Positions 1 through 600 of a stretch of DNA of 600 nt are shown here, piece by piece. The notes under the pieces are model-generated. The model was not told where the DNA came from. It saw only the letters and a program-made list of their open reading frames with translations, and did no database searches. The position numbers and the translations under genes are program-made. The stretch is from NCBI RefSeq assembly GCF_003334405.1, contig NZ_QOWM01000062.1; one strand, written 5' to 3'. The stretch is from Escherichia coli (GTDB taxonomy: Bacteria > Pseudomonadota > Gammaproteobacteria > Enterobacterales > Enterobacteriaceae). Positions within the stretch are counted from its first letter, which is position 1. Every line of letters begins with the position of its first letter.

Positions 1-600
1 CCCTCATCCTCGCTGCGGATAAGTTTGCCGGTCAGGTCGTGGTGATAACGCTGTGTGCGGCCGTCAAAGCCGGTTTCCTGTATCAGCCGGTCAAGTACAT
101 CGTAACGGAAGGTGGTGTGGCTGCCGTTTTCACTGGTCAGGCGGATGACCCGTCCGGCAGCATCGTATTCCATACTGCGCGTCAGCCCGCCCTGCGTGGT
201 ACGGACGGCCTTTCCCCACGCATCGTACTGTGTCCCGTTTCTGCTGCCGTCCGGGGCAATGACGGCGGTCAGGTCACCGGCGATGTTGTATTCATACCGC
301 GTTTCATGGCCCTGCGTGTCTTTCACGGCAATTAACTGTCCACGGCTGTCGTATGCGCGGTACTGACTCAGCCCTTCCTCGCGGTGCACCGCCGTCATCT
401 GCCCGAAGCGGTCATGGTCATAACGGGTTACATAACCGGAACAGTCGGTGAAGCTCAGCAACTGACCGTAACGGCTCCACGTCATGGTTTTCCGGCTGCC
501 GGTGGCATCTTCCGTTGCGCAGGGTAAGTCACTGTGTGGATTATCATAACGGTAGCGGGTGATATCGCCGTCAGGGGCAGTTTCCTGAATCAGACGGCCC
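1..600 (-). CDS. rhs: Rhs-family YD-repeat protein, core region (internal fragment, partial at both ends; codon phase: first full codon at + strand 599-597, last full codon at 5-3)
   Basis: Seen in sequence: the reverse-complement frame beginning at + position 599 is open for all 199 codons, while the other two minus-strand frames have stops within the first ~30 nt (TGA at RC 28-30; TGA at RC 9-11). The translation contains eight YD-repeat units with the canonical Rhs pattern (e.g. GDITRYRYDNPHSDL, GYVTRYDHDRFGQMTAV, GLSQYRAYDSRGQLIAV, GHETRYEYNIAGDLTAV, TQYDAWGKAVRT, MEYDAAGRVIRLT, FRYDVLDRLIQET, RYHHDLTGKLIRS). Established knowledge: this motif and spacing define the Rhs/YD-repeat core (Pfam RHS_repeat type), and the sequence strongly resembles enterobacterial Rhs cores from memory. 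Which paralog (rhsA, B, C, etc.) cannot be resolved from an internal core fragment, so only the family symbol is given. No database search was run. Confidence 0.93.

Noticed and set aside
39-335. + strand ORF of 98 aa from the six-frame track (begins with GTG at 39)
   Set aside because: It lies antisense to the YD-repeat frame, which is far better supported. YD-rich, GC-rich coding sequence commonly leaves long stop-free antisense frames. There is no convincing Shine-Dalgarno upstream, the start is a non-ATG codon, and the translation has no recognisable motifs.
112-366. + strand ORF of 84 aa from the six-frame track (begins with GTG at 112)
   Set aside because: Same reasoning: it is a shadow ORF antisense to the Rhs core, overlaps the other + strand ORF in a different frame, and has no ribosome-binding site or recognisable protein features.
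1-600. Nucleotide-level direct or inverted repeats, CRISPR array, or IS/transposon ends
   Set aside because: Reading both strands shows no repeated DNA units, no spacer-repeat architecture and no terminal inverted repeats. The only repetition is at protein level (YD units). The historical name of Rhs (rearrangement hot spot) does not imply a mobile element in this window.
1-600. Promoter, ribosome-binding site or Rho-independent terminator
   Set aside because: The window is entirely internal to one continuous coding frame. No GC-rich hairpin followed by a T-run and no spaced -35/-10 pair stands out beyond chance, so no regulatory call is supported.
1-600. Toxin domain or immunity gene of the Rhs system within this window
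   Set aside because: The whole translated fragment is canonical YD-repeat core. No DPxGL core/tip boundary and no non-repeat domain is present, so any toxin/immunity module lies outside the window.
1-600. Assignment to a specific paralog (rhsA, rhsB, rhsC, rhsD, etc.)
   Set aside because: Core sequences of paralogs are near-identical, and an internal 600-bp fragment has no flanking context or C-terminal tip to tell them apart. Only a family-level call is justified.

Overview
The whole 600-bp window is an internal fragment of one gene on the minus strand: an Rhs-family YD-repeat protein core, truncated at both window edges. No novel or undescribed system is supported by this window itself. 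Hand translation of the reverse complement gives a single stop-free frame of 199 codons (+ strand 599 down to 3); the other two minus-strand frames hit stops within the first ~30 nt. The translation reads GRLIQETAPDGDITRYRYDNPHSDLPCATEDATGSRKTMTWSRYGQLLSFTDCSGYVTRYDHDRFGQMTAVHREEGLSQYRAYDSRGQLIAVKDTQGHETRYEYNIAGDLTAVIAPDGSRNGTQYDAWGKAVRTTQGGLTRSMEYDAAGRVIRLTSENGSHTTFRYDVLDRLIQETGFDGRTQRYHHDLTGKLIRSEDE. It carries eight recognisable YD-repeat units (G-x(3-6)-[RQ]-Y-x-Y-D-x(2)-G-[RKQD]-[LV]) at about 21-residue spacing, as in enterobacterial Rhs cores (E. coli RhsA/B/C-like, recognised from memory, not searched). GC content is about 59% by my hand count. The two supplied + strand ORFs are antisense shadow frames of this gene and are rejected. 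No start, stop, promoter, terminator, RNA gene, CRISPR or nucleotide-level repeat is visible. The variable C-terminal toxin tip and immunity gene typical of Rhs loci would lie beyond the low-coordinate edge, outside this window.
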